A stretch of 63,830 nucleotides of DNA, counting the filler, from Reclinomonas americana ATCC 50394 (Eukaryota): assembly GCA_048213135.1 (NCBI GenBank). It is 17 parts of 17 records of this genome, joined end to end, with 100 filler letters (N's around TTAATTAATTAA, not from the genome) between each part and the next. Parts side by side here need not be neighbours in the genome. Positions count along the whole stretch, not along the records: positions 40,121 to 46,852 come from AFZH01016896.1; positions 46,953 to 54,274 come from AFZH01016897.1; positions 54,375 to 62,691 come from AFZH01016898.1; 14 more parts are not named here. One strand, written 5' to 3'. Position 1 is the first letter of the stretch, and the number at the start of each line of letters is the position of its first letter. Made by a program: the position numbers and the translations under genes. Of this stretch, positions 43,001 to 56,900 are shown piece after piece. The notes beneath the pieces were generated by a model, which saw only the letters and a program-made list of their open reading frames with translations, made no database searches and had not been told where the DNA came from.

Positions 43001-45788
43001 GCGGGTGTGCCAGAACATGGAGCCGTCGTCGTGGAGAAAGAAGAGGAGGTCGGCGACAATGCGACGGACTCCCCTGGTCGGAAGCGAGCAAGCAAGGCGA
43101 AGAAGAGCAAGAAACGAGCGGAGGCGAGTGACGAGACGACGGCAAAGAGCAGTGCTTTGCCGCACCTATTGGTTCCGCCACTGGATCTGGGCGCCACGTC
43201 GCCGTCCAGTGCATCGTCCACGTCGCGCTCACCATCGTCGTTTGTGGAGGGCGCCGCGCCTGCGGGTGCGGACAGTGACACGCGCGCCTCATCACTGAGT
43301 CCGCGCCATACTCGCCGGAGCCCGTCCCAGTCACCGCGATCGTCGCTGTCGCGCGATTCCATCTTGGCACCGCTGCAGCGCTCGCCCGTGGAACCTGTCA
43401 CGGATTCAACACACTTCAAGAAACAGCGACGGCGATCACCGTCGAAGCAGCGGCCGTCGACCGCCAACGAGGCAGCGGCGGAGGTCAATCACATGCTCGA
43501 GCAGCACCGACGACAGGAGCAGGAGGCGAAGCGGCAGCTGGCACTGGCCACGGCGCTGGCTCGGAGACGCAGGAAACAAGTGCGAGAACAGCAGCAGCAA
43601 CAACAACAACAGCATCACGGTTCTTCGCCACGATCCAAGCTGCGCGGCGGTGGCAAGCATCATGGGACGACCTCGCCCCGTCACGGCGCTGGTGGCGACG
43701 CGGCTTCGGAACTCATGGGCATTTTGAACACGTCGGGCATTGCCGGCCTGCTGGCACTCGTGTCGCAGGCGGCTGTCCTTGACGACGGACGACCACAGTC
43801 CGCGATTGGCGCGAGGACTTTGCACAATGGCAGTGGAAACGGCAGCATGTCGGCCCGCCCGCATACTGCCAACTCCGCCGTCAGTGGCATCGATCTCGGC
43901 ACCACGCCCGGCCTCAAGTCACCGCGCGGAATGCTGCAGGCGCAAGGCAGGCCCTCACATACGACGCCCACCGCTCCGCCACCGCCACCATCATCGTCGT
44001 CGGTCCGGCCGCGACGACCGAGTCACAGCAGCCAGACGCAAGCCAATGTGCCGTCATTACGGCTTCCTGTCATCAGCACCGCCCAACAGCATCGTGTGGA
44101 CATGCCTGGTGGCGCCGACGAGGACACAGCAATGTTGCAGCAGTTGTTGAACGAGCAACTGAGCCACCAGCGAAATCTGCAGGAACGCATGACCGAACGT
44201 GCACGCGCCTCCCTGCGCTCGCACAGTCCGCATTCGCGATCGTCGCGCAGTGGCGACGATTCCAGTCAGGAACCACCGGCCGCCGTCGTTGCCGCTCCTG
44301 TGGCCAGTCCCCGCCAAAATAGACCTCAGCGAAGTCTGTCGGCCCGACCTCGCCGCCACACCATCAACAGTGGCGACCGCAGCTCACCGAGCCTCAGCGA
44401 GCGGCCGCTGGTGGAGACCAGTGCGCTGCTCTCGCCGCCGCTCGAGACGCAGGGGTTGGACGATGAGCGCCTGCTGTCGGTTCCGCGCGGTCCCACACTG
44501 GCTCCCGCTTCTGCTCATCGAGTGGTGAGTTGCTTCTCATTTCCCGACACACAATCGAAGTGGAGAGTGACAAGAACGATGCTATGTGCACAGATTGCGG
44601 AAGCGATATCTCGGCGCATCAACGACCGGCCGAGCTCGACGCCGTCGCCCACCAGACCAAAACTACCATCGCCACCGCCGCCACCGTCTCACAGTGCGTC
44701 TGCCCCGATTTCTCCGTGACTCACACATTGTTTTGGTGCTCATCCTCGTTTGCAGAAGCCACCGCTGCCGAAGGTCCACTGCCGAGCGACTCGCCACTCC
44801 GAGCCTTCCGCAAGGCCGTGTCGCCGAGCGCTATCATGCGCACGGGAAGCACATCGCCGTCCAGCAACCGTACTCCGTCGCCCGTCACCAATGAGCTGAT
44901 GATGGTGCTCGGCAGTCGGAGAACGTCCGGTTCGCACTCTGGGTCCGTGTCGGCGCGCAGCATGAGCCCCGTCGATGGTTTGTGAGCACGCAGTTTGTAT
45001 CACTGTCCCACGCACACACGTCTCACTCACCTCATTGTGCAGCTCTCGGTCGACAGCGCAATCTAATGTTGCCACGACGGACCGACGCACAGTGGCAGCC
45101 ACCGTCGTTAGCCATGAGCGATCAGGCGCGCCGCAAAATGTTCCGCAAGCAAATGCCGCAGTACATGACGGACGCTGTGCAGCCGGCGCCGCCTCCACCA
45201 CCACCAGCCCCACCATACCTGTCACGACAGAATCGCGGAGCCGGTGCGGCGCAGTCGTCGCCATCGGTCATGAATCGTCCCAACGGACCGGCATCGCACA
45301 AGCCGCACTACACGCACAGCCGCCAGCTGGCGCGTCCCAGTTCGTCGGCTGCCATCACTCGCGGAGGAAACGGTGCCGGTGGCGGCGGCATCGGCAACGG
45401 CACGGATCTGGTGGCTCTCGAGGGTTTCATTCGCGGTCTGGGCGCACAAGTGGGCGGCGGTGGCGCTCCACCAAGTGGATCCCGTCGTTCAGCTGCTGTT
45501 GGTGGTGGTGGTGGTTCGGCTGCTGCCGCCTCCGCGTTTGCCAGTGCCTCGCCGTACAACAAGGCGTCGGCTCGCGGTCGCTCGCGCCCCGAGACACCCG
45601 TGTACGACGTCAACGCGAATCCAATGCTGGCCGTGCTGCAGCAACTGGCGAGCCGTGGAGGCGGTGATGGCATCGGTGGTGGCGCTTCGGCCGCGGCCAT
45701 GAGCAGCACCGAGGACCTGCTGGAGCTGCTGAATGAGCGTGCAGCCATGCGCAATGCGCAAAACCTGCAACAATCGCTGCCGCCATAG
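39779..45788 (+). CDS. Kinesin (kinesin-16/KIF12-like is the best guess) with a very long Pro/Ser-rich tail; most of the motor domain lies in the gap at 40021-40120
   Basis: ETLNTLHYASRARYIRNAPVRNENPKDRLIRRLQEE is the end of a kinesin motor plus neck and coil. Probable first exon 39779-39932; frame-consistent introns through to TAG at 45786-45788. Confidence 0.8.
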
Positions 45789-45831
45789 CCTCCGTAATTT
45801 GTAGTGTAGTATAGTCATCGCCTGTTATTCA

Positions 45832-47451
<1,620 letters not shown>

Positions 47452-47534
47452 GATTCGCTGCGCGTGGAGGACAACTCTCGTTCATACGTAAACAAACAAT
47501 CATTAGTACATTATAAGTCCCTTTCCTCCCCAAT

Positions 47535-47939
47535 CTACTGCCTCTGCGCCAACAGCAGCTCCTCCAAGCGCTGGAGGCGCGCAGTGAGCGAGTTGATCTG
47601 CTGCTCCTGCTCGTGCAGCTTGCGGTTCTGCTCCTCAATGAGCGACGTCTGCTCGTTGACGGCCTCCACCAGCACCGCCGTCATGCGTGGGTAGTCGACC
47701 GTCAGCACGTCCTTGATGGGCGCGTTGTCCGAGGTCGACGTCACCATGTGCACCAGCTCGGGGAACACGCGCTGCACGTCTTGCGCCAGCACGCCAATCT
47801 CCAAGTGGTCCACCTCGATCTTGCGCTGAATGGTCTTGGCCGCCATCTCGTTCCACCGGTACTTGTAGGCGGTGATCTGGCGCAGGGAGCCGAGCACATT
47901 GTCGATGCGCGTGAGGTCGGTCTTGAGGCGCTCGTCGGA
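47535..47939 (-). other. Intramolecular chaperone auto-processing (ICA/Peptidase_S74) domain plus terminal coiled coil
   Basis: SDERLK (Ser-x4-Lys dyad), YKYRWN, EIGVLAQDVQRVFPELV, LTVDYPRMTAVLVEAVNEQ, then heptads to the stop codon. Confidence 0.93.
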
Positions 47940-50900
47940 CGAGTTGACGAGGTCGGTGTAGATGCGGTGCACGAGGCCAGTGCGCGTCTTCCAGAACGGA
48001 ATGTCGGCGTTGGTCATGTAGTCGGCCGTGTACAGCTGCACGTACGAGGCGTTGGTGGCCGGGCTGAACGACACACCGCGCTCCGCAATCATAATGGCAC
48101 CGGCGTCGGCGCGCAGGTCGTTCGTGAACGACGACACACCTGGCAACAAAAAAAGTCAGCAACACACATTTCACCTCTTGCGCCCTCCTCTCCCCTCCTT
48201 CTCCTCCCCCCTCCCCCCTCTCGTCTCCCCTCTCCCCTCTGCCATTGAAAACGCACCAGCAACCGACAGAGTCGCCGAAGCGTTGCTGAGGCTGACGTTA
48301 CCGGTCAGCGTGCTGACGCCGGCCACGGACAGCGTGCCGCCGAGGGTGGTGGCGCCGAGGTTCACCGTCAGCGTGTTGCTCGCCGAGATGGTCACGTTGC
48401 CGTTCAAGGTGCTGGTGTCCGACACGACCAGCTTGGCGCCGAGCGTGGCGTTGCCGGCCACAGACAACGTGCCATTCAGCGTGGTCACACTGCTCGTGCC
48501 GACGGTGAAGTTGAAGCCATTCGAGACGGCGACATTGTTGCTAAATGTCGAGGCGCCGCCAACCGAAAGCGTGCCCGAGAGCGCCGTCGCACCGGCTGTC
48601 ACACTCAGACCGCCGCCAAAGCTGGCGAGTCCAGTGGTCACTGTGAATGTGGCTCCCGTGCCGACAGTCACCGTGTTCTGCGAAGCAAGAGTGAGCAAAC
48701 AAAATCATGGCATCATCGTAGACTGCTGCTCCACAACGCAACATTGAGAGTGGCAACACCGGCCAGCGTGAATGCGCCAGCCATGGTGGTGGTGCCGTTG
48801 CCGACGACCAAGTTGACGCCAGGTGAAATGGTCACCGTGTTGCCAAAAGTGGAGGTGCCCGTCGCCGACAGGCTCGTCACCGTCGTCACGCCCGTGACGT
48901 TGACAGTGCCGGCAAAGGTGCTGGCGCCGTTGCCCATGGCAAAGGTGCGCGAGTTGCTGATCGTCACGTTGCCGTCAATGTTGGTCGAGCCGTTGACGGA
49001 CAGCGCGTTGTTCAAAATGGTCACGCCCGCCACCGTCAGCGCACCGCCAAAGGTCACCGCGCCAGTGCCCACAGTGAGCGTCGACGTTCCATTGATGGCC
49101 ACGTTGCCGGAGAAGGTACCTGACAGACAGACAATGAGACGAACAGCAATAGATAAAAAGAGATGTAATGGCTACGCACCCGCCGCAGTGGTCACACCAC
49201 CCGTCAGCGTCGCCAAACCGGTGACTGCGAGTGTGCCGCCGAGCGTGCTGGCGCCGGCATTCACGCTGAATGTGTTGGCGTTGAGCACCGCGAGCGAGCC
49301 GTCAAAGCTCGCGGCCTTGCCAGTAATCGAGCCCGTAAACGTGGACGTCAGACCGGTCACCGACAGAGTGCCGCCAATGGTGGTGGCACCCGTGGTCACC
49401 GTGAATGTCGAGCCGCCACCGACAGACACGTTGCCGTTGAATGTGGCAGCCTGAGCAACCAGGCTCGCGCTGAGGGTGGTCGCACCGGTGACGCCGAGCG
49501 TGCCGCCGAGAGTGGTGGCACCACCCGTGGCCACCGAGAAGCTGTTGCCGTTCAGCACCGCCAGGTTGCCGTCAAAGTTGCCGGCCTTGGCAGACAGCGC
49601 ACCCGACAGCGTCGTCAGGCCAGTGACGCTCAACGAGCCACCGAGCGACGTCGCGCCAGTGCCGACCGTAAACGTGTTGGCATTCTGCACCGCCACTGCA
49701 CCATTAAAGGTGGCATCCTTGGCGGCGACAGTGGCCGCAAATGTGCTAATGCCGCCCACCGACAGCGTTCCAGACAGCGACGTGGCACCCGTCGACACCT
49801 AACGCAGAGGAAAACAAGGAGGTGAGTACACGAACGCGGATGGATACAAAGAGTGTGCGTGTCTGCGCAAAGTTCGCACGCACCGTCAAGGTGGCGCCCG
49901 TGCCCAGAGTCACATTGCCGTTGAGCGTGCTGGTGCCGGCGACAGTCAGCGTGCTGGAGAGGGTTGTGGCCAGTGTCACGCCGAGGGTGCCGCCAATGGT
50001 GGCGTTGCCAGAAACGAGCGACAAGTTGATGCCCGTGTCGAGGGTGACCGAGCCCTTGAACAGCGACGTCGAGTTGACCGTGAGCGCCGCGAGCGTGGTC
50101 GCTCCCGTGACCGTGGCCGTGCCGCCAACCGTCAGATTGCCCGACGTCAGCGCCAGATTACCTGCCGACAGGGTAGCGCCGCCAGAGAATGTCGCCAAGC
50201 CGGCCACACTGAGGGTGCTCGACAGCGTGGCGGCACCCGAAATGGCCGCCGTGCCCGACAGCGTCGTTGCACCACCGACAGTCAGCGTGTTGGTGCCGCT
50301 CACCGTCACATTGCCGCCAAACGTCGACGCCGCACCCGTCGATACACCGCCGGTGAGGGTGGCCAGGCCGGTCACACCGAGTGTGCCGCCAAATGTCGCC
50401 GCACCGGCACCGACAGAGAAGGTGCTGGTGGCACCCGTCACTGCATACGAGTGAAGAAAAGGTGAGTAAAAAAAGATTCTATGGAAGAGAATGAGAAGGA
50501 TAAATGCACCGGCGACAGCTCCCGTAAACGTCGCCGCGACACCATTGAGCGAGCCACTAAGCGTCGTCAAACCGCCCACCGACAGAGCGCCAGTGAGGGT
50601 GGAGGCACCGGCGACCGACAAGGTGCCAGGTGTGCCCGTCACAGCCAGCGAGCCGTCGAATGTGGCCGCCTGTGCAAAGTACACGATAAGTGAGATACTC
50701 GGGAAAAAAACTCACAGACAAACAGACAACAGTAAACAAACAAACCTTGCCCGACACCGCCTGCAGGGTGGTGGCGCCAGCGGACACTGTCAGACCGCCA
50801 CCCAGCGTGACCAGACCAGTGCCGACAGTGAGCTGTGAGGCACCAGAGAGCGTCACGTTGGCGGCAAACGTAGAGGCGCCGCCAATCGACAACGTGCCCG

Positions 50901-53900
50901 TTGCCGAGGCGTTGCCCGTCACGCTGACACCACCGCCGAGCGTCGTCAGACCCGTGCCGACCGTGAACGTGTTGGCGTTGGAGACGGCCACGGCGCCGTT
51001 GAACGTGGCACCGACGCCACTCAGTGCCGCCGACAGCGTTGTGGCACCAGTCACATTAAGCGCGCCGCCGAGCGTCACCAGTCCGGCGCCCGTCGTCAGC
51101 GTCGTGGTCATGCCGACAATCGACACGTTGCCATTCAACGTGGTGGTACCATTGGCAACCACGCTCGACGCAAACGTGCTGGCACCGCCAACAGACAGCG
51201 AGCCCGTCATGGTGGTGGCTCCAGTGCCAATCGACACCGCCTGCCCATCAGACACCGTCACCGGTTTCTGGAAGAGCGCGGCACCGTTCGTGGTCAATCC
51301 GCCAGTCAGTGTGGCCACGCCGGCCACCGCCAGTGTGCCTCCGAGGGTGGTGGCACCAGTGCCGACCGTCAGCGTGCTCGTACCAGTAATCTGCGCAGAG
51401 TTATGTGAGTAATCAAGCAATCAAAACATCAAAAAAAATCAAAACAGTACGCACTGAAACGTTGCCGCTATGCGTGGCACCGGCACCGACAAACGGTTGG
51501 CTAAACGTGGCCACGCCGCTGACCAACAGCGTGCTCGACAGAGTGGTAGCGCCGCCGACCGCCAGAGTGTTGCTGCCGAGCACAGTCACGGCCGCACCGA
51601 AATCGGCACCGCCCGTCAACGTCGACTTGCCCAGCACCAAGGCCGTGCCGCCCACAGAAATGGCACCCGAGGTCGAGAAGAGACCGGTGCCGAGTGTGAG
51701 CGTGTTGGTGCCCGAGATGCTCACATTGTTGTTCAGCGTCGCAGTACCAGTGACGACAATGTTGCCGGTAAACGTCGAGGAACCGCCGACACTCAGAGCG
51801 CCAGTCAAGTTGGCGGGTCCGCCCTGCACACGCAGCTCGGAACCGGTGCCAACTGTCACCGCGCCCGTCAACGTCGAAATGCCGCCCACCGACAATGTCG
51901 TAGACACCGTGGCAGCGCCAGTCACCGACAAGCCGCCGCCGAGCGTGCTCAGACCAGTGCCAGTGGTGAAGGTGCCCGAGCCGCTAATCGACACATTGCC
52001 GTTGAAGAGCGCGTTGCCGCCGACGGTCAGCGTGGTGCTCGCAGTCACGGCACCGGTCACGGTCAGAGTGCCGGCCATGGCCGAGGCGCCCGTGCCGACC
52101 GTGAACGTGGCCGCATTCGCCACCGTCACGTTGCCGTTGAGGGTCGAAGTGCCCGTCACAGCCAGCGAGCCACCGAGAATCGTGGCACCGGTACCGACGG
52201 TGAAATTGTTGGCGTTGGTGATGGTGACCGAGTTCTGGAATGTGACCGGCTGGCTGGCAGTGATTGTGCCGGAGAACGTCGACGCGCCACCAACACTGAG
52301 CGAGCCCGTCAGCGTGGTGGAGCCGCCGGTCACCGTCAGCGGCTGGTTCGTGGACAGCGTCACCGCACCGTTGAAGGTGGCGGCGCCTGTGGTCAACGAC
52401 GTCAGCGTGGTGATGCCAGCCGACAGGGTTCCGTTAATGGTGCACCCTCCGTCGCCAATGGTCACGGCGTTGCCGTTCGACACCGTAATGGCGCCGTTGA
52501 AACGCGAAGTCGAGTTGGCCGTCAGCGCACCATTCAAGGTCGCCACACCAGCCACCGTCAGTGCACCACCGAGGGTGGTGGCACCCGTGCCCACTGTCAC
52601 CGTGTTGGTGCCCGACACACTCACACTGTTGTTGAAGGTGCTGGCGCCTGAGACAGTGACAGCGCCGCCGAGTGTGGTCACACCACTGGTGACCGTCAGC
52701 GAAATGCCCGTGTCCACCGTCACATTGCCCTTGAAGAGCGACGTGCCATTCACCGTCAGCGCACCGCCAAGCGTCGCAGCGCCGGTGCCGGTGGTGAACG
52801 TGCTGGCCGCGCCAGAAATGGACACTGACGAGCTGAACGTCGATGTGCCACCAACACTGAGCGTGCTCGTCAAGGTGGTGGCGCCCGTCACCGCCAGCGT
52901 GCCGCCCAGGGACGAGGCGCCAGCTCCGACAGAGAAGGTGGTCGTCATGCCGCTCACCGACACGTTGCCGTTGAAGGTGGCGGTGCCGTTGGCAATCAGA
53001 GCGCCAGTCAGCGTGCTGCCACCAGTCACCGCCAGCGTACCACCAAGCGCAGTAGCGCCGCCGACTACGGTAAACGTGCTCGTGCCAGTGACACTAGTGT
53101 TGCCGGCAAACGAGGCCGTAGAGGACGTGGCAAGTGTCGTCAGCGTGGTTGCGCCGGTCACCGACACGGCGCCCAAGAACGAGCTCAGTCCAGTGCCCGA
53201 GGTGAAGGTGTTGGCACCGCTAATGACCACCGCACCACCCAAGGTGGTCGCGCCGGCCGTCGTCAGTGCCTGCACATTGGTGGCGCCGGCCGACACCGTC
53301 AGACCACCACCAAGAGTGGTGAGACCAGTGCCGACAGTCAGCGTCGACGGAGACACAATGTTGACGGGGTTGTTGAAGGTGACGGATCCAGAGAAGCTGG
53401 TGGCGCGCAGAGTTGTGATGCCCTGCGCCTCGAAATCGCCCAACAGCAACACCTTGCCAGTGCCAACATTGACCGTGTTGGTGCCGGAGACCGACAGCGT
53501 ACCGTTCAGCGTGGTAGCACCGGCCACCGTCAGCGAGCCACCCAGTGTGGTGGCGCCAGTTGCCACCGTAAACGTGGAGCTGTTGGTAACCAACGTAGCG
53601 CCACGGAACTCCGCCGTCGAGGCCGCCGTAAAGGCACCGCTAATCGTCGTCACGCCCGAGGTCACCGAGAGGCCGCCACCCAGTGTCGTCAGACCGGTAG
53701 TGGTGCTGAGGGTGGAGCCGCCAAGCAGAGCAACATTGCCGGAGAAGTTGGCCGCGTTCGCCGTGAGCGTGCCAGTCAGAGTGGTCGCGCCCGTCACCGA
53801 GAGGGAGCCACCGAGTGAGGTGGCGCCCGTGCCCACCGTGAGAGTGTTGGCACCGGAGAACAGCACGTTGCCGGTGAACGTGGTGATGCCGCCAACCGAC

Positions 53901-56900
53901 AGCGTGCCCGTCAGCCTGGTGTTGCCCGTCACCGTCAGATCGCCGCCAAGAGCCGTGGCAAACGTGCCGCTGACTGTCAGCGTGTTGTTGATAGTCGTCA
54001 CACCGTTCAGAGAGGCTGTGCCGGCGGCCACCAGCGGACCGTTAAAGGTCGAGGTGCCCGTGCCCACCGTGAAGGAGAACAAATTGGCAATCGCCACGTT
54101 GTTGTTGAACTGCGACGCGCCCGATACGGTGAGCGGACCGCCAATCGTCACCGTGCCGGTGCCCGTGGTCACCGTGTTCGTGCCCGACACCACGAGGTTG
54201 CCGTTGAGGGTGGACACACCACCGACAGTGAGCGTGTTGCTCAGCGTTGTGCCGCCCGTCACCGCCAGAGTTGANNNNNNNNNNNNNNNNNNNNNNNNNN
54301 NNNNNNNNNNNNNNNNNNTTAATTAATTAANNNNNNNNNNNNNNNNNNNNNNNNNNNNNNNNNNNNNNNNNNNNAAACCGGTGCCCACCGTCAGCGTGTT
54401 CGCATTCGACACATTCACGTTGCCGTTGAACGTGGAGAGGCCGCCGACCGACAAGGCGCCGGCAAGAGTGGTTGTGCCGGCACTCACAGTCACGCCGCCA
54501 CCAAATGTGGCGAGGCCACCGCTCACCGTCAGCGTGCGCGGCGACGGGAGAGTCACGTTGCCGTCCAAGGTCGAGGCGCCAGTGACCGCCAAGCCAGCGC
54601 CCAGCGTCGTCAAGCCGCCCGCCACCGTAAACGTGTTCGTGCCCGTCACAGTGGTGTTGCCGGCCAACGATGCACCACCGCTGGCCGTCAGCACTCCAGT
54701 CAACGTTGTGGTGCCGGCCACCGACATGTTGCCCGACACCGTGGTCAGACCGGTGCCAGTGGTCAGCGTGGAGCCACTCAACAGCGTCATATTGCCGCCA
54801 AACGACGATGTTCCCGTGACTGCCAGCGCACCGCCGAGAGACGTCAGGCCAGTGCCCACAGAGAAGGTGCTCGTGCCCGTCACCGAGGTGTTGCCGTTGA
54901 GCACGGTGGCACCAGTGACTGTCGCACCACCATTGGCAGACAAGGCGCCAGTGAGAGTGGTGGTCGACCCGACCGACAGCGTGCCGGCCACAGAAAGGTT
55001 GTTGCCGAGCGTGGCTGCGCCCGTCACATTGATGGGACCACCAAAAGTGGCCGCACCCGTGCCCATGGTCAACGTGTTGGTGCCGGAGATGGAGAGACCG
55101 CCGTTCAGCGTCGCCAGGCCAGTGACATTCAGCGCGCCGCCAATGTTGGTGGTGGAACCCATGCCAATCGTGATGGTGCCGTTGAAGGTCAGCGTGCCCG
55201 TCACCGTCAAGTTGCCGTTCACCGTCGAGTTGGTGGCGAAAATGTTCAACGTGCTCACACTGGCGTTGCCGATCGTAATGGCCGTCGAGGTCATTTGCAC
55301 GTACTTGGTGGCGCCAATGTTGAAGTTGTACTCGGGTGCCGTCAACTGCAGCGCGTTCTTCAACGTGCCGCCACTGCCGGTGGCGCCAAGCAAAATGATA
55401 ATGTCGCCGCCGTTCACCGTGCTCGACCGCGTCAGCGTAATGGCGTCGTTCAGGCCATCAACATTCACTGTGGACACTTGCGTGCCCGACTGGCGTGCCT
55501 CCAAGAAAATCGAGTCTTGACCGTACACAAAGGACTTGACCGCGCGGGCCGTAAACGTGGCCGACTTGGTGGTACCATTGGCGGAAATCTCCACCGCATT
55601 GGTGGCATACAAGTTGGTGTTGGTGGTGGTCGCCGTCATGTCCACGTTGCTGCTGAGGTTGAACACGGTGGTGCCGGTGGCGCTGAGGACGCTGAACGAG
55701 TTGGCGCGCACCGAGTGGGCACCCGACACCTGCTGCGTCCACGACTGGCCAAACGCAGTAAAGGTCGTCGTGGCGGCCGCAGTCGTGCCGCCGAGCACCA
55801 CAGTGCCGGCAGTGTTGCCGAGTGTCAACGTGGTCGGCGTGTGCGAATGCGCCAGACCGGTGAAGGTGGCCGAAGTGGAGCTGGGGGGGGAGGAAGAATG
55901 AGGAATTGAAGAGGGAGGATGTCACACACTTTCTCTCTCTGGTGTGCACAACAAACCTCGTCAAGATAAACGTAGGTGCGAGAATCTCGGTGGTGCCCGC
56001 CGAGGTGTCGAGGCGCACATACGAGCCCGTGAGGGAGATGCTCGGTGTACCGGCCATCACCAAGTCAGAGCTGATGGCCACCGTGTTGCCCTGCACCGTG
56101 GTGGTCGGACCGAGAGTGGCGCCAGACTTGAGCGTGCCGAGCGCGAGCGAGGTGGTCGAGCCGGCTGTGTTGCCGATCTTGACCGCACCGGCGTCGAGAG
56201 TATACGCAGTGCTGGCAGCGCCGCCAACCACAATGGTGGGTGCGGTAACTCGCAACTGCGTGGCAGTGGTGAAGCCCACATCGAGTGTGATGTTGCTGGT
56301 GTTGAGCACGGCGGAGTTGTCGCCCAGTTGCAGACGACTCGTGTCCGTCGCCACCGGCGTCACCGACATTTTGATGACGCCACCAGTGGCGCCAGTGGAA
56401 CGCACCGTCACATTGCGACCGAGCGCCGTAATGCCGTCAATCTGCGTGCCGCCCGCAGTCTGCATGTTCAGCGACGTCACCGCGTTCAGGTTGACTGCGT
56501 TCGACGAAGCACTGATTGTGCCGACCGTGGTCGACGCCACCAACGAGATCGAGGTGGTGGCCGGTTCGCCAGCCGTCGTCGAGCCAATCGTGTGTGTCAC
56601 GGCCTTTACGGCAGCGTTGCCGTAGATCAGAGCATTCAGCGAATCGCCGGCCACGGTGATCTTCGAGGTGGTGGCACTCGAGCCCGAGTTGTACTGGCCA
56701 ATGAACAGGTTGCCAGTTGGCTGCACATTCATGGAGGCTGCACAGGAGGCGGAAGGGGTGAGCAACAACTAGAAAAGGGATGTGGCATGGCACAAAAAAC
56801 GCAACTCGGGAAGAACTGGTACGAATTACCGGTAAAAGTGGCCGTGGTAGCCACACCCGTCAGCGCCATCGTGAACGGACCGGTAGACATGTCCAGCGAC

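Noticed and set aside
51405..54326. Long antisense ORFs over the fibre gene (e.g. 973 aa at 51405) and the FN3 gene (607 aa at 7592)
   Set aside because: Shadow ORFs caused by high GC3 and Thr/Val/Gly/Ala codon bias on the true coding strand.
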